The translations under genes were made by a program, and so were the position numbers. Below the pieces are notes generated by a model that was not told where the DNA came from, ran no database searches, and worked only from the letters and a program-made list of their open reading frames with translations. DNA of 21,450 nt from Planctomycetota bacterium (GTDB taxonomy: Bacteria; Planctomycetota; SZUA-567; H5-PLA8). The stretch spans positions 1-21,450 of the forward strand of contig BTVV01000105.1 in the NCBI GenBank assembly GCA_045863855.1, given 5' to 3'. Of this stretch, positions 1 to 9,838 are shown piece by piece. Numbering within the stretch: the first letter of the stretch is position 1; every line of letters starts with the position of its first letter.

Positions 1-1
1 C

Positions 2-697
2 CACCGCGAAGACCGCAACCGTACGGGCATCCTGCAACTGGCTAAGCTGGCGGGGGGGTATACGCCGCGCCGCGACCAGCCGGACGAGCAGGAGTGTTGC
101 TGGATGCGCGCGGGCGTGGGGTACGTGTTCCATGGCGACCTCGCGTTACTTGCTCAGAATAACATCAAACGCTACTCGCCGAACCTCCTGGAGCGCTTCG
201 AGGAGTTCGAGCGGGATCCTGAAACCCAGCAAGTTCGCAAAGAGCTTGAAGCTCATCGAAAGAGCCGGCATGACGCCGAAAAGCGCGGCCTCGAAGAACA
301 GAAGGGCAAGCTGGGCGAGAAAGAATACGAACGGCTCAAAGACGAGCTTTCAGAAGCGCAGAAAGCGGAGAACGACTACGCACAGCGCAAGTTGAGCGAT
401 TTAAGCGATTGGAGCTTCAAGCACTACGTGTTCTTGCTGGCACGACCATACTGGGCCTTGGATGGCGACATCGCGGATATTGGCCGATTGAGCGTGCTGC
501 TTCAGGGCGCTCCAAACTTCGTTCAAGTCGTGGTGGCCGAAGATGACCCGCTAAATTCGCCCGCTGTGCTGAATGAGGTCAAGAGCCGCTTCACGGCGCC
601 GCAAGTAATAATGTTGCCCCATGGCGGACATTTGGGCTTCAACGGTACGAAATGGTTCCAGGCGATGGCTGGACAGTTTTTTGCTTTCAAGCCCTAG
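2..697 (+). CDS. Alpha/beta-fold hydrolase, C-terminal part (5' end lies outside the window)
   Basis: The frame is open from base 2 (HREDRNRTG...). The C-terminal AEDDPL and HGGHLGF motifs match the catalytic Asp and His regions of YheT/ABHD-like hydrolases. The nucleophile motif is not in the window. Confidence 0.7.
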   Translation, partial: HREDRNRTGILQLAKLAGGYTPRRDQPDEQECCWMRAGVGYVFHGDLALLAQNNIKRYSPNLLERFEEFERDPETQQVRKELEAHRKSRHDAEKRGLEEQKGKLGEKEYERLKDELSEAQKAENDYAQRKLSDLSDWSFKHYVFLLARPYWALDGDIADIGRLSVLLQGAPNFVQVVVAEDDPLNSPAVLNEVKSRFTAPQVIMLPHGGHLGFNGTKWFQAMAGQFFAFKP

Positions 698-718
698 TCG
701 GGAACGGGAAACGTGCAT

Positions 719-1963
719 ATGCCCACGAACGAACGCTGCCGTCTAGCCGCATGCCTGTTCGCCCTGCTGCTGGCCGGCCGATGCGCGGCGACGGAGAGGG
801 AACTTCAGCTCCGAGCTTCCGAGGTGCTGCCGCCCGGGCTCCTCAAGAGCCCCGTGCACGCGGTCAAGGAAGAAGTCGGTTTGGATCGCTTCCTTTTCAC
901 GTTCGAGGTGGAATCGCCTTTTGGCCTCTACCGGGTGACTTCGGCGGAGATGCTAAGAATCAGGGTTCATGAGTTGCATGTCCTCAGCCACGCGAGGGAC
1001 ATCAGCGGCATGGAAGAATTCGCCGGCTCGCTGAAAGACAGCGTAGTGCAAGTTCCGGTCGCGGTCGTGGACACCCTGACTTCTCCCGTGGCCTCGGTTC
1101 AGAAAGTTGGCGAGGGCGTCAAAGACAAGTTCGCTTCGGTGGGCCGGTTCTTCTCGGGTCGTTCAAAGAGCGGGTACGAGGATAACGCGGTGAAGGAGGC
1201 CGCGGTCGGCGCACGTAAACGTGAGGTCGCCGCCGAACTGGGTTTGGATGCCTACTCGACCAACCCCAAGGTCCAGCAGTTGCTGAACCACCTGGCCCGA
1301 GCCCGCGCACTCGGCGCCGCCCCGGTCCGCCTGGCGGGCATGGCGGCGCCGCCCGCCGTGGGCTGGACGCTCACCATACTGCGGCTACGGGAGAGCGTGG
1401 AAGATGATATAGCTCAGAAGTCTCCCGGCGAGCTTCACGCGCTGAATAACGAAAAACTCAAGAAGCTTGGCATCCGTGAGTCGGTGCGCGAAGCGTTCCT
1501 GAACAATCCGTGCTATTCGCCTCGCCATAAGACGGTGATCTGTGCGAATCTGGATGCCTTGCGGGACGTGGACGGCAAGGAGAACTTTCTTTTAACGACC
1601 GTCATGGATAACTCGGAAGATGACGCGTTCTTCGCAGAACGCCAGTTGGACATGATCCTCTACCATCACAAGAAGGTCGCGCGCCTCGAACGGATCGAGC
1701 GCACTGAGCGAGTGCCCATCTGCATAACCAAGGAAGGCGTCATGGTGGTTCTGGCCCCGCTGGACTTGGTGGTGCTGAATGAACGCTCACAAGGCGTGCT
1801 GGACGCGCTCACGGAGATCGCCCGAGACACCCAGGCCCGCAAGGTGCGGGTCGTCGTATCGGGACAAGCAACGGATGCCTGCCGGCAAAAGCTAACCCAA
1901 GCGGGGATAGAGCTGATCACGAACTTCCTAGCTAAAGCCGAAGCGGAGGCGCGCGAGCGATGA
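719..1963 (+). CDS. Exported hypothetical protein
   Basis: Long ORF with a signal-peptide-like N-terminus (RCRLAACLFALLLAG). The start is ATG 719 or GTG 713. The stop overlaps the next start (ATGA). Confidence 0.75.
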   Translation: MPTNERCRLAACLFALLLAGRCAATERELQLRASEVLPPGLLKSPVHAVKEEVGLDRFLFTFEVESPFGLYRVTSAEMLRIRVHELHVLSHARDISGMEEFAGSLKDSVVQVPVAVVDTLTSPVASVQKVGEGVKDKFASVGRFFSGRSKSGYEDNAVKEAAVGARKREVAAELGLDAYSTNPKVQQLLNHLARARALGAAPVRLAGMAAPPAVGWTLTILRLRESVEDDIAQKSPGELHALNNEKLKKLGIRESVREAFLNNPCYSPRHKTVICANLDALRDVDGKENFLLTTVMDNSEDDAFFAERQLDMILYHHKKVARLERIERTERVPICITKEGVMVVLAPLDLVVLNERSQGVLDALTEIARDTQARKVRVVVSGQATDACRQKLTQAGIELITNFLAKAEAEARER

Positions 1964-2928
1964 ACGGACCCGGGCAATTGGGCCGCGGACTTTATTCGGG
2001 GAGAGCCCTACCGATCAGCGTGCCCCGCGCCGTCCTTGCGGGCGTCGTGCTGCTTGGTTCGGTGGCGGCTCAAGACGATTCCGGCCCCATCCTATTCAAG
2101 GCCGAGGGACTGAAGAAGGGCGCGGTGGTTCGGATGGACACGCAGGCTCTGCTGAATCTATACGGGAAAGAAACGAAGCAGATCCGCCGCGAGTCGCTGC
2201 GCACGATCGCCGTGCTGGAGGATAACGGCACGGCGCCCGTCCGAATCAAGGTGAGCTACGGGGAGATTCGGACGCAGACCAACTTGTCGAAGGTGCCAAC
2301 GGGCAAGGAGCCGGTTTCAAACCGATCTTACCTCGTGCATGAGAAGGACGGGAAACCGGAGGTGCTCGATTTGCGCGGCAAGCCGGCTCCCCGGGAAGAG
2401 GCCGAGTGGGTGGCTCGCGACTTCCCGAACTTAGGCCAGTTGAACCCTATTTCCATGACGCTGAATGGGCAAAAGATGGCGTGCGGCGACGAAATGGCCG
2501 GCGCGGAATCGCTTCATCCGATGATCGAAGGGCGGCTGGGCGTGCTGGGCGTGGGACGCGTGGAGAAGTTTTCCGCGAGGCTTCTGGCGCGCCACAAATT
2601 CCAGGGCGAAGAAACGGCCATTTTCCTGCTGACGCTGCGGACGGGATCCTCTCCTTTGTTCCAGGACGCGAAGATGCGTCTCACGGGTCAATTGGTCGTC
2701 GCGGTGCCCTCGGGACGCCCCATCGCGCTCAAGTTCGACGGGCCCGTACAGGTCCATCTCGGTTCCTCCGCGAGCGATACCACGCCCGTTCAAGGCACCT
2801 TGACCCTAACAGCGATCACGCAGACGGAGCTTCCCGAAGCCCATACACCGCCCAAGGCATCATCGGATGATGACGACCTGTTGATCGTGCCGGGAACGGG
2901 GCTTCGAGTCGGGCGCCGGGCGCGCTAG
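1960..2928 (+). CDS. Exported hypothetical protein, predicted beta-rich
   Basis: 322-aa ORF coupled by ATGA to the upstream gene. It has a hydrophobic signal-like segment (RAVLAGVVLLGSVAA-QDD) and an alternating beta-strand pattern. Confidence 0.7.
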   Translation: MNGPGQLGRGLYSGRALPISVPRAVLAGVVLLGSVAAQDDSGPILFKAEGLKKGAVVRMDTQALLNLYGKETKQIRRESLRTIAVLEDNGTAPVRIKVSYGEIRTQTNLSKVPTGKEPVSNRSYLVHEKDGKPEVLDLRGKPAPREEAEWVARDFPNLGQLNPISMTLNGQKMACGDEMAGAESLHPMIEGRLGVLGVGRVEKFSARLLARHKFQGEETAIFLLTLRTGSSPLFQDAKMRLTGQLVVAVPSGRPIALKFDGPVQVHLGSSASDTTPVQGTLTLTAITQTELPEAHTPPKASSDDDDLLIVPGTGLRVGRRAR

Positions 2929-2988
2929 GCGTTCAAGCGGCGAGAGATAAAGGCGAGACCTGCCGCACGCGTTTGAGGCACGTCCGCC

Positions 2989-4476
2989 ATGTCGAAAGGA
3001 GTTCACGTGGTACGGGCAATCAGATTCTGGGTGCTGGCGCTGCTGCTCGCGATGGTGGCCGTCGCGGCGGGAGAAGCGGGCCAAGCAGGCGTTCCTCCCG
3101 GCGGTACTGGCGACGGAGCGACGCCGAGCGGCTCGCCCTCCCCTGCCGCTCCTCCGGCGGGAACCCCTCCGCAGATGCCGGACCTATTTGGAGGTCCCAT
3201 CGAGAAGCGCGCCAAGCTCACCGGCAACTGGGCTGGCGTGCGCAATGAGATGGCAATGAAGGGCGTCATCGCCGAACTGGACCTCACCACCGTATTCCAG
3301 CACCAGGCGTTCGGCGGAGCTCAATCGCAGTCGGTCCTGCGAGGCGGTCCCGGGAAGCAAGAGGACGACGCCGAACTCATGAGCCTGGGCGATATCTTCC
3401 TCGTCTTCGACATGAATCGCACGGGGCTTTGGAAGGACGGCATTTTCAAGTTCCGGGCGCAGGGGCGCTTCGGCGACAGCGCAATCTTTCGAAACGGCTC
3501 CCTGCTTCCGAACAACGTGTTGGCGTTCCAGCCGACCGATGACATTGACGAGGAGATTTTCGACATCACAGAATTCACGTATACCCACTTCATCATTCCT
3601 AAGTTCGCGCTCTTTGGCGGCGTGATGAACACGCTGGATGCGGATCTGACGCCCTTCAGCGGAAATACCCGCGGCAAGTCGGACTTCCTTCATTCGGACC
3701 TGAACTTGAGCACGGTTTCATTCCAAAACGCGCCCTACAAGACCGTGGGCGGCGGATTCGTGGCGATGCCGCATCAGCGGGTGACGCTCATTTCCACGGT
3801 CTTTAACCGCAAGGAAATGTCGGGGCACGGACCCTTCGATCGGGATAGTTACCACGGCGTGGGCACGGCCACGGAACTGTACGTCTCTCACAGCCTGTTC
3901 AGGAAGCCCGGCGGGCAAATGTTCGGATTTAATGCTTCGTGCGACGACGCCCTGGACTTGGCCGTTCGGCCGTTGGCTTTGATCTTCGATGCCATTTCGA
4001 GTCGTCCTCCCAACTTTCCCGATCCGGTGGATTTGGCGGAACCCCAGGAGAAAAAGTTCAGCTGGGCCATCACGTACAACGCATGGCAGTACATTGACGT
4101 CTTCGAAGGCGGACCTCCTGGCTGGAGCCCGCTCATGCCCGCAAGCCGGCCCTCGGGCTGGGGCGTGTTTTTGCGCGCCGCGGTTTCGGACCACAATCCC
4201 AACCCCCTAGCCTGGAACTTGAGCGGCGGCTTTGGCGGGAACAATCCAGCTCGAAAGTCGGATACGTGGGGTGTAGGCGCCTTCCATCGCAGCGTTTCGG
4301 ATGTGTTGCTATTGGAGCGCCTGCATTTGGGCGCGGAAACGGGTTTCGAGGCCTTCTATAACGCGCAGATTACGCCTTGGTTCCACGTGACGGCCGACCT
4401 TCAGTACATTGATACGGGACTTCCAAACGCGGACAACGGCCTCGTACTGGGTCTGCGCTCGAAGATTGACTTCTAA
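2989..4476 (+). CDS. Carbohydrate-selective porin, OprB family
   Basis: Signal peptide, Pro/Gly linker and the LTGNWAGVR N-terminal motif. The C-terminus has the pattern ETGFEAFYNAQITPWFHVTADLQYI...LGLRSKIDF with a terminal Phe. Confidence 0.88.
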   Translation: MSKGVHVVRAIRFWVLALLLAMVAVAAGEAGQAGVPPGGTGDGATPSGSPSPAAPPAGTPPQMPDLFGGPIEKRAKLTGNWAGVRNEMAMKGVIAELDLTTVFQHQAFGGAQSQSVLRGGPGKQEDDAELMSLGDIFLVFDMNRTGLWKDGIFKFRAQGRFGDSAIFRNGSLLPNNVLAFQPTDDIDEEIFDITEFTYTHFIIPKFALFGGVMNTLDADLTPFSGNTRGKSDFLHSDLNLSTVSFQNAPYKTVGGGFVAMPHQRVTLISTVFNRKEMSGHGPFDRDSYHGVGTATELYVSHSLFRKPGGQMFGFNASCDDALDLAVRPLALIFDAISSRPPNFPDPVDLAEPQEKKFSWAITYNAWQYIDVFEGGPPGWSPLMPASRPSGWGVFLRAAVSDHNPNPLAWNLSGGFGGNNPARKSDTWGVGAFHRSVSDVLLLERLHLGAETGFEAFYNAQITPWFHVTADLQYIDTGLPNADNGLVLGLRSKIDF

Positions 4477-4527
4477 ATTGGGGGAGTGCCGCTTCCGATG
4501 ACGAGTCACTCGGTGGAGAGGTCGAAA

Positions 4528-6867
4528 ATGCTTCGTGCGACGACAATCTTGGCGTGGATGGCATGTCTGCTCTTTGCTTGCGCCCGCATGGGCGCGGAAG
4601 AACGCATTCGCGGACGCGATATCGGGTGGCCGAGGGAATTCGCCGCCGGCGATCATCGCGTGGTGATGTATCAGCCACAAATCGACGCCTGGAGCGTTGA
4701 CCGGTCCCGCATGACTTTCTTGTCGGCCGTCGAAGTTGCGCCTAAAGGCACGGGCCCATCAACGTATGGCGTCATCGAGATTGAAGCGCATTCCGAAACG
4801 AATGTCGCGGAACGGACCGTGGACCTGAGCAACCTCAAGGTCAGGGAGTTGCGGTTCCCCAATGTGCCTGCGGACCAGGTGGAGGGCCTGAGTAAACGGG
4901 TTCGCGGGGCACTTCCTTCGACTGAAGGGAAAATCATCGTCGCTTCGCTCGATCGCATCAACGCGTACCTGGACGACCCGACCGCACAGCACCGTGGCGT
5001 CAGCGTCAACATGACTCCACCGAATATACTTTACAGCGACAAGCCGGCGGTCCTGATCATTTTCATGGGCAAGCCGGAGTTCAGAAAAATCGAGGGCGCC
5101 GGCCTGCTCGCGGCAACCAACACAAATTGGGACGTGTTCCTGGACCCCACTGAATCCCGTTACTACTTGCTTAATGGAAACTACTGGCTCACCAGCAAAG
5201 ATGTTACCAAGGAAGATTGGAAGATCGCGAAAGACCTGCCTCAAGGCTTTTCCCGGCTGCCGCAGGATCCCAATTGGGAAGATGTCCGCAAGCACGTTCC
5301 GGGCGGCGCCGCCGACAAGGCACCTCGCGTTTTCGTCTCAACAGAGCCTGCCGAACTGATCGTCACCGATGGCGAGCCTAGGTTCACGCCCATTCCTGGC
5401 ACTCGACTCATGGAGGTCGCGAACTCCGAAAGCGCACTGTATTACCATGGCGCGGAGAAATTGTACTACTATCTCGTGGCTGGACGCTGGTTCCGCGCAA
5501 AAGATTTGAAAGCGTCGTGGTCGCCGGCATCGCAAGATCTTCCATCCGATTTCGCGGCCATTCCCGACGATAACGAGAACGCCTTCGTGAAGGCCAGCGT
5601 ACCCGGGACGGAGTCGGCCAAGGACGCAGTCCTGCTCGCCTCCATTCCGCAGAAGACGGCCATTCGTATCGAGGATGCGAAATGCACCGTTCAATATGAC
5701 GGCACGCCGCGGTTCGTGGCGATCAAAGGTTCGGAAGTAAAGTATGCCGTCAACTCTCCTTGCGATGTGTTTTTGGTGGCTGGTGGGTATTACTGTTGCC
5801 AGCAAGGAATGTGGTTCGCCGCGCCGAAGCCCGAAGGCCCCTGGGTTCTTTGCTCCAAGGTGCCCGAGCCGCTGTACGCGATTCCGTCCGACCATCCCAA
5901 GCATAACGTGACCTATGTGTACGTGTACGACTCCACGCCGGACACCGTCGTCGTAGGCTATACCTCGGGATACACGGGCGAGTACGTCGCCGCGACGGGT
6001 GTGGTCATGTTCGGGTTGGGCATCCTCGCGGGTATGGCCATAGCGGACGACTGGGATGACGACTGTTGGCATTGGCACTACTCGTACCACCATCACTGTC
6101 ATTTCTATTCGTACGGTTGCGGCGCGGTGTATCACCACGGCTATGGCGGGTATTACCGCGCCGCGCACTGCTACGGGCCCTATGGCGGAGCGGGCCGAGG
6201 CGCTTACTACAATCCTCACACCGGGGCATGGGCTCGCGGCGGATACGTATACGGCCCCGGCGGAGGGGCGGGTTATCGAGCCGGATACAATCCCTTTACC
6301 GATACGTACGCGGCACGCGCTGTCGTCAAGACACCGTACGGCTCCTCGGGTCGCTTTTACGCGGAGCGCGGAAACAAGGAGGTCTGGGGCGGGCATGAAT
6401 CCGGTGCTCGCGGCAGCGTGGGTTGGGTAAAGGGAGACGAAGGACAAGGTGTGGCCGGCGTTGATACGCGCCACGGCCAAGGCGTGGTCGCTAAAGATAA
6501 AGAAGGAAACGTTTACGTCGGCAAGGACGGGAACATCTACAGGAAAGAAGCCGACGGCGGATGGAGTTCTAATCAAGGTGGAGACTGGAAGTCTTCCCCG
6601 TACTCGGGCACTGGCGACAAAGGTACGGAGCGCAAGTCCTCCCGCCCCGACACGCTCGCGACCAGCGACTCGCGTCCGAACGCGCCAGCCACGGTCGAAA
6701 AGCCCAGCCGCCGGGAAAGCTTCGCCGATACGGGCGAACAGCTGAACGCGGACGCCCGTTCACGCGACCGGGGAAACCAGAACGCAAGCCGCGCCTCAAC
6801 CACATGGGGTGGTTCAAGAGCCGGAGGCCGGGCTTCCGGCTCCGGCGGTGGGGGGCGGCGCCGGTAA
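4528..6867 (+). CDS. Large exported protein with a Tyr/Gly-rich repeat region (resembles proteins often auto-annotated 'carbohydrate-binding family V/XII')
   Basis: ATG 4528 follows GGAGAGG (alternative starts 4486 and 4498). It has a signal peptide, WPR and YQPQID motifs, repeated NT/NSxxxxF...YY...GxWF units and a hydrophobic segment. These are followed by YNPxTG repeats, an NVYVGKDGNIYR motif and a Gly/Arg tail. Confidence 0.75.
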   Translation: MLRATTILAWMACLLFACARMGAEERIRGRDIGWPREFAAGDHRVVMYQPQIDAWSVDRSRMTFLSAVEVAPKGTGPSTYGVIEIEAHSETNVAERTVDLSNLKVRELRFPNVPADQVEGLSKRVRGALPSTEGKIIVASLDRINAYLDDPTAQHRGVSVNMTPPNILYSDKPAVLIIFMGKPEFRKIEGAGLLAATNTNWDVFLDPTESRYYLLNGNYWLTSKDVTKEDWKIAKDLPQGFSRLPQDPNWEDVRKHVPGGAADKAPRVFVSTEPAELIVTDGEPRFTPIPGTRLMEVANSESALYYHGAEKLYYYLVAGRWFRAKDLKASWSPASQDLPSDFAAIPDDNENAFVKASVPGTESAKDAVLLASIPQKTAIRIEDAKCTVQYDGTPRFVAIKGSEVKYAVNSPCDVFLVAGGYYCCQQGMWFAAPKPEGPWVLCSKVPEPLYAIPSDHPKHNVTYVYVYDSTPDTVVVGYTSGYTGEYVAATGVVMFGLGILAGMAIADDWDDDCWHWHYSYHHHCHFYSYGCGAVYHHGYGGYYRAAHCYGPYGGAGRGAYYNPHTGAWARGGYVYGPGGGAGYRAGYNPFTDTYAARAVVKTPYGSSGRFYAERGNKEVWGGHESGARGSVGWVKGDEGQGVAGVDTRHGQGVVAKDKEGNVYVGKDGNIYRKEADGGWSSNQGGDWKSSPYSGTGDKGTERKSSRPDTLATSDSRPNAPATVEKPSRRESFADTGEQLNADARSRDRGNQNASRASTTWGGSRAGGRASGSGGGGRRR

Positions 6868-6962
6868 CCCAACGGGCGGATGCTCTGGTGCAGCCGCCTT
6901 ACCTACTGCATGGCGCGAAGCGGTCAAACAATCGCAACGCTCAACCGATAAAGGATGCCGAC

Positions 6963-8471
6963 ATGAGGCAAGGATCTAGGGGAGTCAAGGGAATCGCTCT
7001 TGCGCTTGGCGTTTTGTGCTGCGTCATGACCTTTCCAGCCGCGGCCGAGCAAGGCGGAAAGAAGCCCAACATCATTCACATCGTCGCGGACGATCTGGGC
7101 TGGAAGGACGTGGGATTCAACGGATGCGCGGACATTAAGACCCCGAACCTTGATGCCCTGGCCTCCAGCGGCGCGAAGTTCACGCAATTCTATGTACAGC
7201 CCATGTGCACGCCTACCCGCGCCGCGCTGATGACCGGCCGCTATCCGTTTCGCTACGGGCTGCAAACCGCCGTCATCCCAGGCACCGCCGGGTATGGCCT
7301 CGACACCAGCGAGTGGCTCATGCCCCAATGCCTCAAGGAGGCCGGGTACAACACGGCGATCATCGGTAAATGGCATCTCGGCCACGCCGATTTGAAATAC
7401 TGGCCCAAGCAGCGCGGCTTTGATTACGCATACGGCGCGACGATTGGGGAGTTGGATTACTTCACCCACGGCGACGCCGGCGTGCTTGACTGGTTCCGCG
7501 ACAACAAGCCCGTCCACGAAGAAGGCTACACCACCCATCTCCTCGGCGACGATGCGGTCAAATACATCAATGGGCAGAACGCGGACAAACCGTTTTACCT
7601 CTACCTCACCTTCAACGCCCCGCACACGCCGTACCTCGCGCCGAAAGAAGCCATCGCCAAGTACGCGCATGTCGCCGATCCAACCCGGCGGACGTACTGC
7701 GCCATGGTGGACAGCCTCGACGAGAACATCGGCAAGGTGGTGGCCGCGCTTGACAAGAAGGGTCTGCGAGAAAACACCCTTATCATCTTCCACAGCGACA
7801 ACGGTGGAACGCGTGATGCCATGTTCGCCGGCCAAATGGCCGACGTTTCCAAGATCAAGATTCCGTGCGACAATGGCCCCTACCGCGGCGGAAAAGGGCA
7901 GCTCTTCGAAGGCGGATGCCGCGTGGCCGCTTTCGCCAACTGGCCGGGCCGCATCAAGGCTCAGACGGTGGATGGCATCATCCACGCCGTGGACATCTAT
8001 CCCACGTTTGCTGCACTGGCGGGAGCGTCCACCGCCAAGTGCAAAACGCTCGACGGCATCAACGTCTGGGACTCCATCGCCGAAAACAAGCCTTCGCCGC
8101 GCACCGAGGTTATCTACAACATTGAGCCTTTCCGCGGCGCCATTCGCCAAGGGGACTGGAAATTCATCTGGCGCACGCTGGTTCCCGCCAGCTTCGACCT
8201 CTACAACCTCAGCGAAGATCCCTATGAGGCCAAAAACGTCGCCGCCGCCCATCCCGACAAAGTCGCCGCGATGCAGGAAAGAATCAACGCGCTGGGCAAG
8301 GAATGCGCAAAGCCGCTCTTCCTCCAATACATCGCGAGCGTAGGCATGAAACACGGCAAGCCCATCATCGCCGCCGAAGACGGCCAACCGCAAGCACTCA
8401 TCGGCGGCAGCGAGCACTCGATCACCGATGAGGGGTTCGGCAATACCGAAGCCGAGGCCGAACACCGCTGA
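6963..8471 (+). CDS. Cys-type (formylglycine-dependent) arylsulfatase, exported
   Basis: Motifs PNIIHIVADDLG, CTPTRAALMTGR (Cys codon 7206-7208), GKWHLG, APHTP, HSDNG and GGKGQLFEGG. A Sec-type signal peptide follows ATG 6963; the track start at 6804 overlaps the upstream gene. Confidence 0.95.
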   Translation: MRQGSRGVKGIALALGVLCCVMTFPAAAEQGGKKPNIIHIVADDLGWKDVGFNGCADIKTPNLDALASSGAKFTQFYVQPMCTPTRAALMTGRYPFRYGLQTAVIPGTAGYGLDTSEWLMPQCLKEAGYNTAIIGKWHLGHADLKYWPKQRGFDYAYGATIGELDYFTHGDAGVLDWFRDNKPVHEEGYTTHLLGDDAVKYINGQNADKPFYLYLTFNAPHTPYLAPKEAIAKYAHVADPTRRTYCAMVDSLDENIGKVVAALDKKGLRENTLIIFHSDNGGTRDAMFAGQMADVSKIKIPCDNGPYRGGKGQLFEGGCRVAAFANWPGRIKAQTVDGIIHAVDIYPTFAALAGASTAKCKTLDGINVWDSIAENKPSPRTEVIYNIEPFRGAIRQGDWKFIWRTLVPASFDLYNLSEDPYEAKNVAAAHPDKVAAMQERINALGKECAKPLFLQYIASVGMKHGKPIIAAEDGQPQALIGGSEHSITDEGFGNTEAEAEHR

Positions 8472-8601
8472 TAGCTTGCGGCCCAAGGCCTCCCCAAGCC
8501 GCGAGGGCCTGGGTGTTAAGCGAGCATTCGGTTCGCCGCGTTTTCGGATGGAAAGGCAGTCGGTCTCAAGATCCATTTCAAGGGTATTCGCAGGCGGCGC
8601 C

Positions 8602-9822
8602 ATGGAACGCTTCATCAGAAACGCAATCCCAAGCCATGCGCCAGCGCCGGAGTCGCGGTGGCGGCTGGCGGCGAGCGTCTCCTGCGGCGTATTGCTCCTG
8701 CTGACGGTCTACTCGGCGCGTCGTTTCCAAAGCACCGTCTCGCCGGTGCGTTCCGCCGATAATCAAGAAGCTCCCGCGCATCCAATCGCATCCGCGACAC
8801 TCGTGAAGCCCGCGCCGACTTCGTCTTACGAAGCCACGCGCGCCAACGCATTCAAGCCGATGAATCCGGGGCCGGACGGCATGGTCTGGATTCCCGGCGG
8901 CGAATTCTCCATGGGTTGCGACGATCCTCGAGAATGCCCATGCGGCGGACCGGATGCCATGTCAGACGCCAGGCCCATTCATCGCGTCTATGTGGACGGC
9001 TTCTGGATGGACAAGACAGAGGTCACCAACGCGCAATTCGCGAGGTTCGTTCAGGCCACCGGATACGTCACCGTGGCCGAACGCGTGCCGACGAAAGAAG
9101 AATTTCCCACCGCAATTCCTGAGAACCTAGTTGCCGGCTCTGCTGTCTTTACTCCAACTACCACGCAGGTTCCGCTAGAGGATCACAGCCGCTGGTGGCA
9201 ATACCAGCCAGGGGCCAACTGGCGTCATCCGGAAGGACCCCATTCCAATTGGGAGGGCCGAGAGCACTACCCGGTGGTGCACATCGCCTTTGAAGACGCG
9301 GCGGCCTACTGTAATTGGGCGGGTAAACGACTACCGACCGAAGCGGAATGGGAGTTTGCCGCGCGCGGCGGTATGCAAGGAAAGCGCTATCCTTGGGGCG
9401 ATGAGTTCAGGCCCAATGGCTCTTGGCGCGCGAATACCTACCAAGGCGAGTTTCCAGTTCGGGATTTCGGTGAAGATGGATTTGTCGGGCTTGCGCCTGT
9501 TGCCCAATTCCAGCCTAATGCTTACGGATTGAACGACATGGCTGGCAATGCCTGGGAATGGTGCAGTGATTGGTATCGCAGCGACTATTATAGCCGGCTG
9601 TCATTGGAAGGCGGTCTGACTCTAAATCCCCAAGGTCCCGATGTGCCCTTCGACCCCGTAGAGCCCGGTGTACGCAAGCGAGTTCAACGAGGTGGTTCAT
9701 TTCTTTGTACGGACCAGTATTGCACCCGCTACTGGGTGGGCGCGAGAGGCAAGGGCGAGGTATCGACTAGCACCAATCATGTTGGATTTCGATGCGCCAA
9801 GAGTCCTTCGAGCTTGAAGTGA
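8602..9822 (+). CDS. Formylglycine-generating enzyme (FGE/SUMF1 family, sulfatase maturase)
   Basis: Motifs MVWIPGGEFSMG, EVTNAQF, RLPTEAEWEFAARGG, DMAGNAWEW, the catalytic RGGSFLCxxxxCxRY and HVGFRC. The start is uncertain (8548 or 8602). Confidence 0.92.
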   Translation: MERFIRNAIPSHAPAPESRWRLAASVSCGVLLLLTVYSARRFQSTVSPVRSADNQEAPAHPIASATLVKPAPTSSYEATRANAFKPMNPGPDGMVWIPGGEFSMGCDDPRECPCGGPDAMSDARPIHRVYVDGFWMDKTEVTNAQFARFVQATGYVTVAERVPTKEEFPTAIPENLVAGSAVFTPTTTQVPLEDHSRWWQYQPGANWRHPEGPHSNWEGREHYPVVHIAFEDAAAYCNWAGKRLPTEAEWEFAARGGMQGKRYPWGDEFRPNGSWRANTYQGEFPVRDFGEDGFVGLAPVAQFQPNAYGLNDMAGNAWEWCSDWYRSDYYSRLSLEGGLTLNPQGPDVPFDPVEPGVRKRVQRGGSFLCTDQYCTRYWVGARGKGEVSTSTNHVGFRCAKSPSSLK

Positions 9823-9838
9823 GTGCTCTATCGCGATT

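Noticed and set aside
6924..8615. 563-aa minus-strand ORF (also 5338..6576)
   Set aside because: These are antisense shadows of well-supported genes, expected with GC-rich codon bias, and they carry no motifs.
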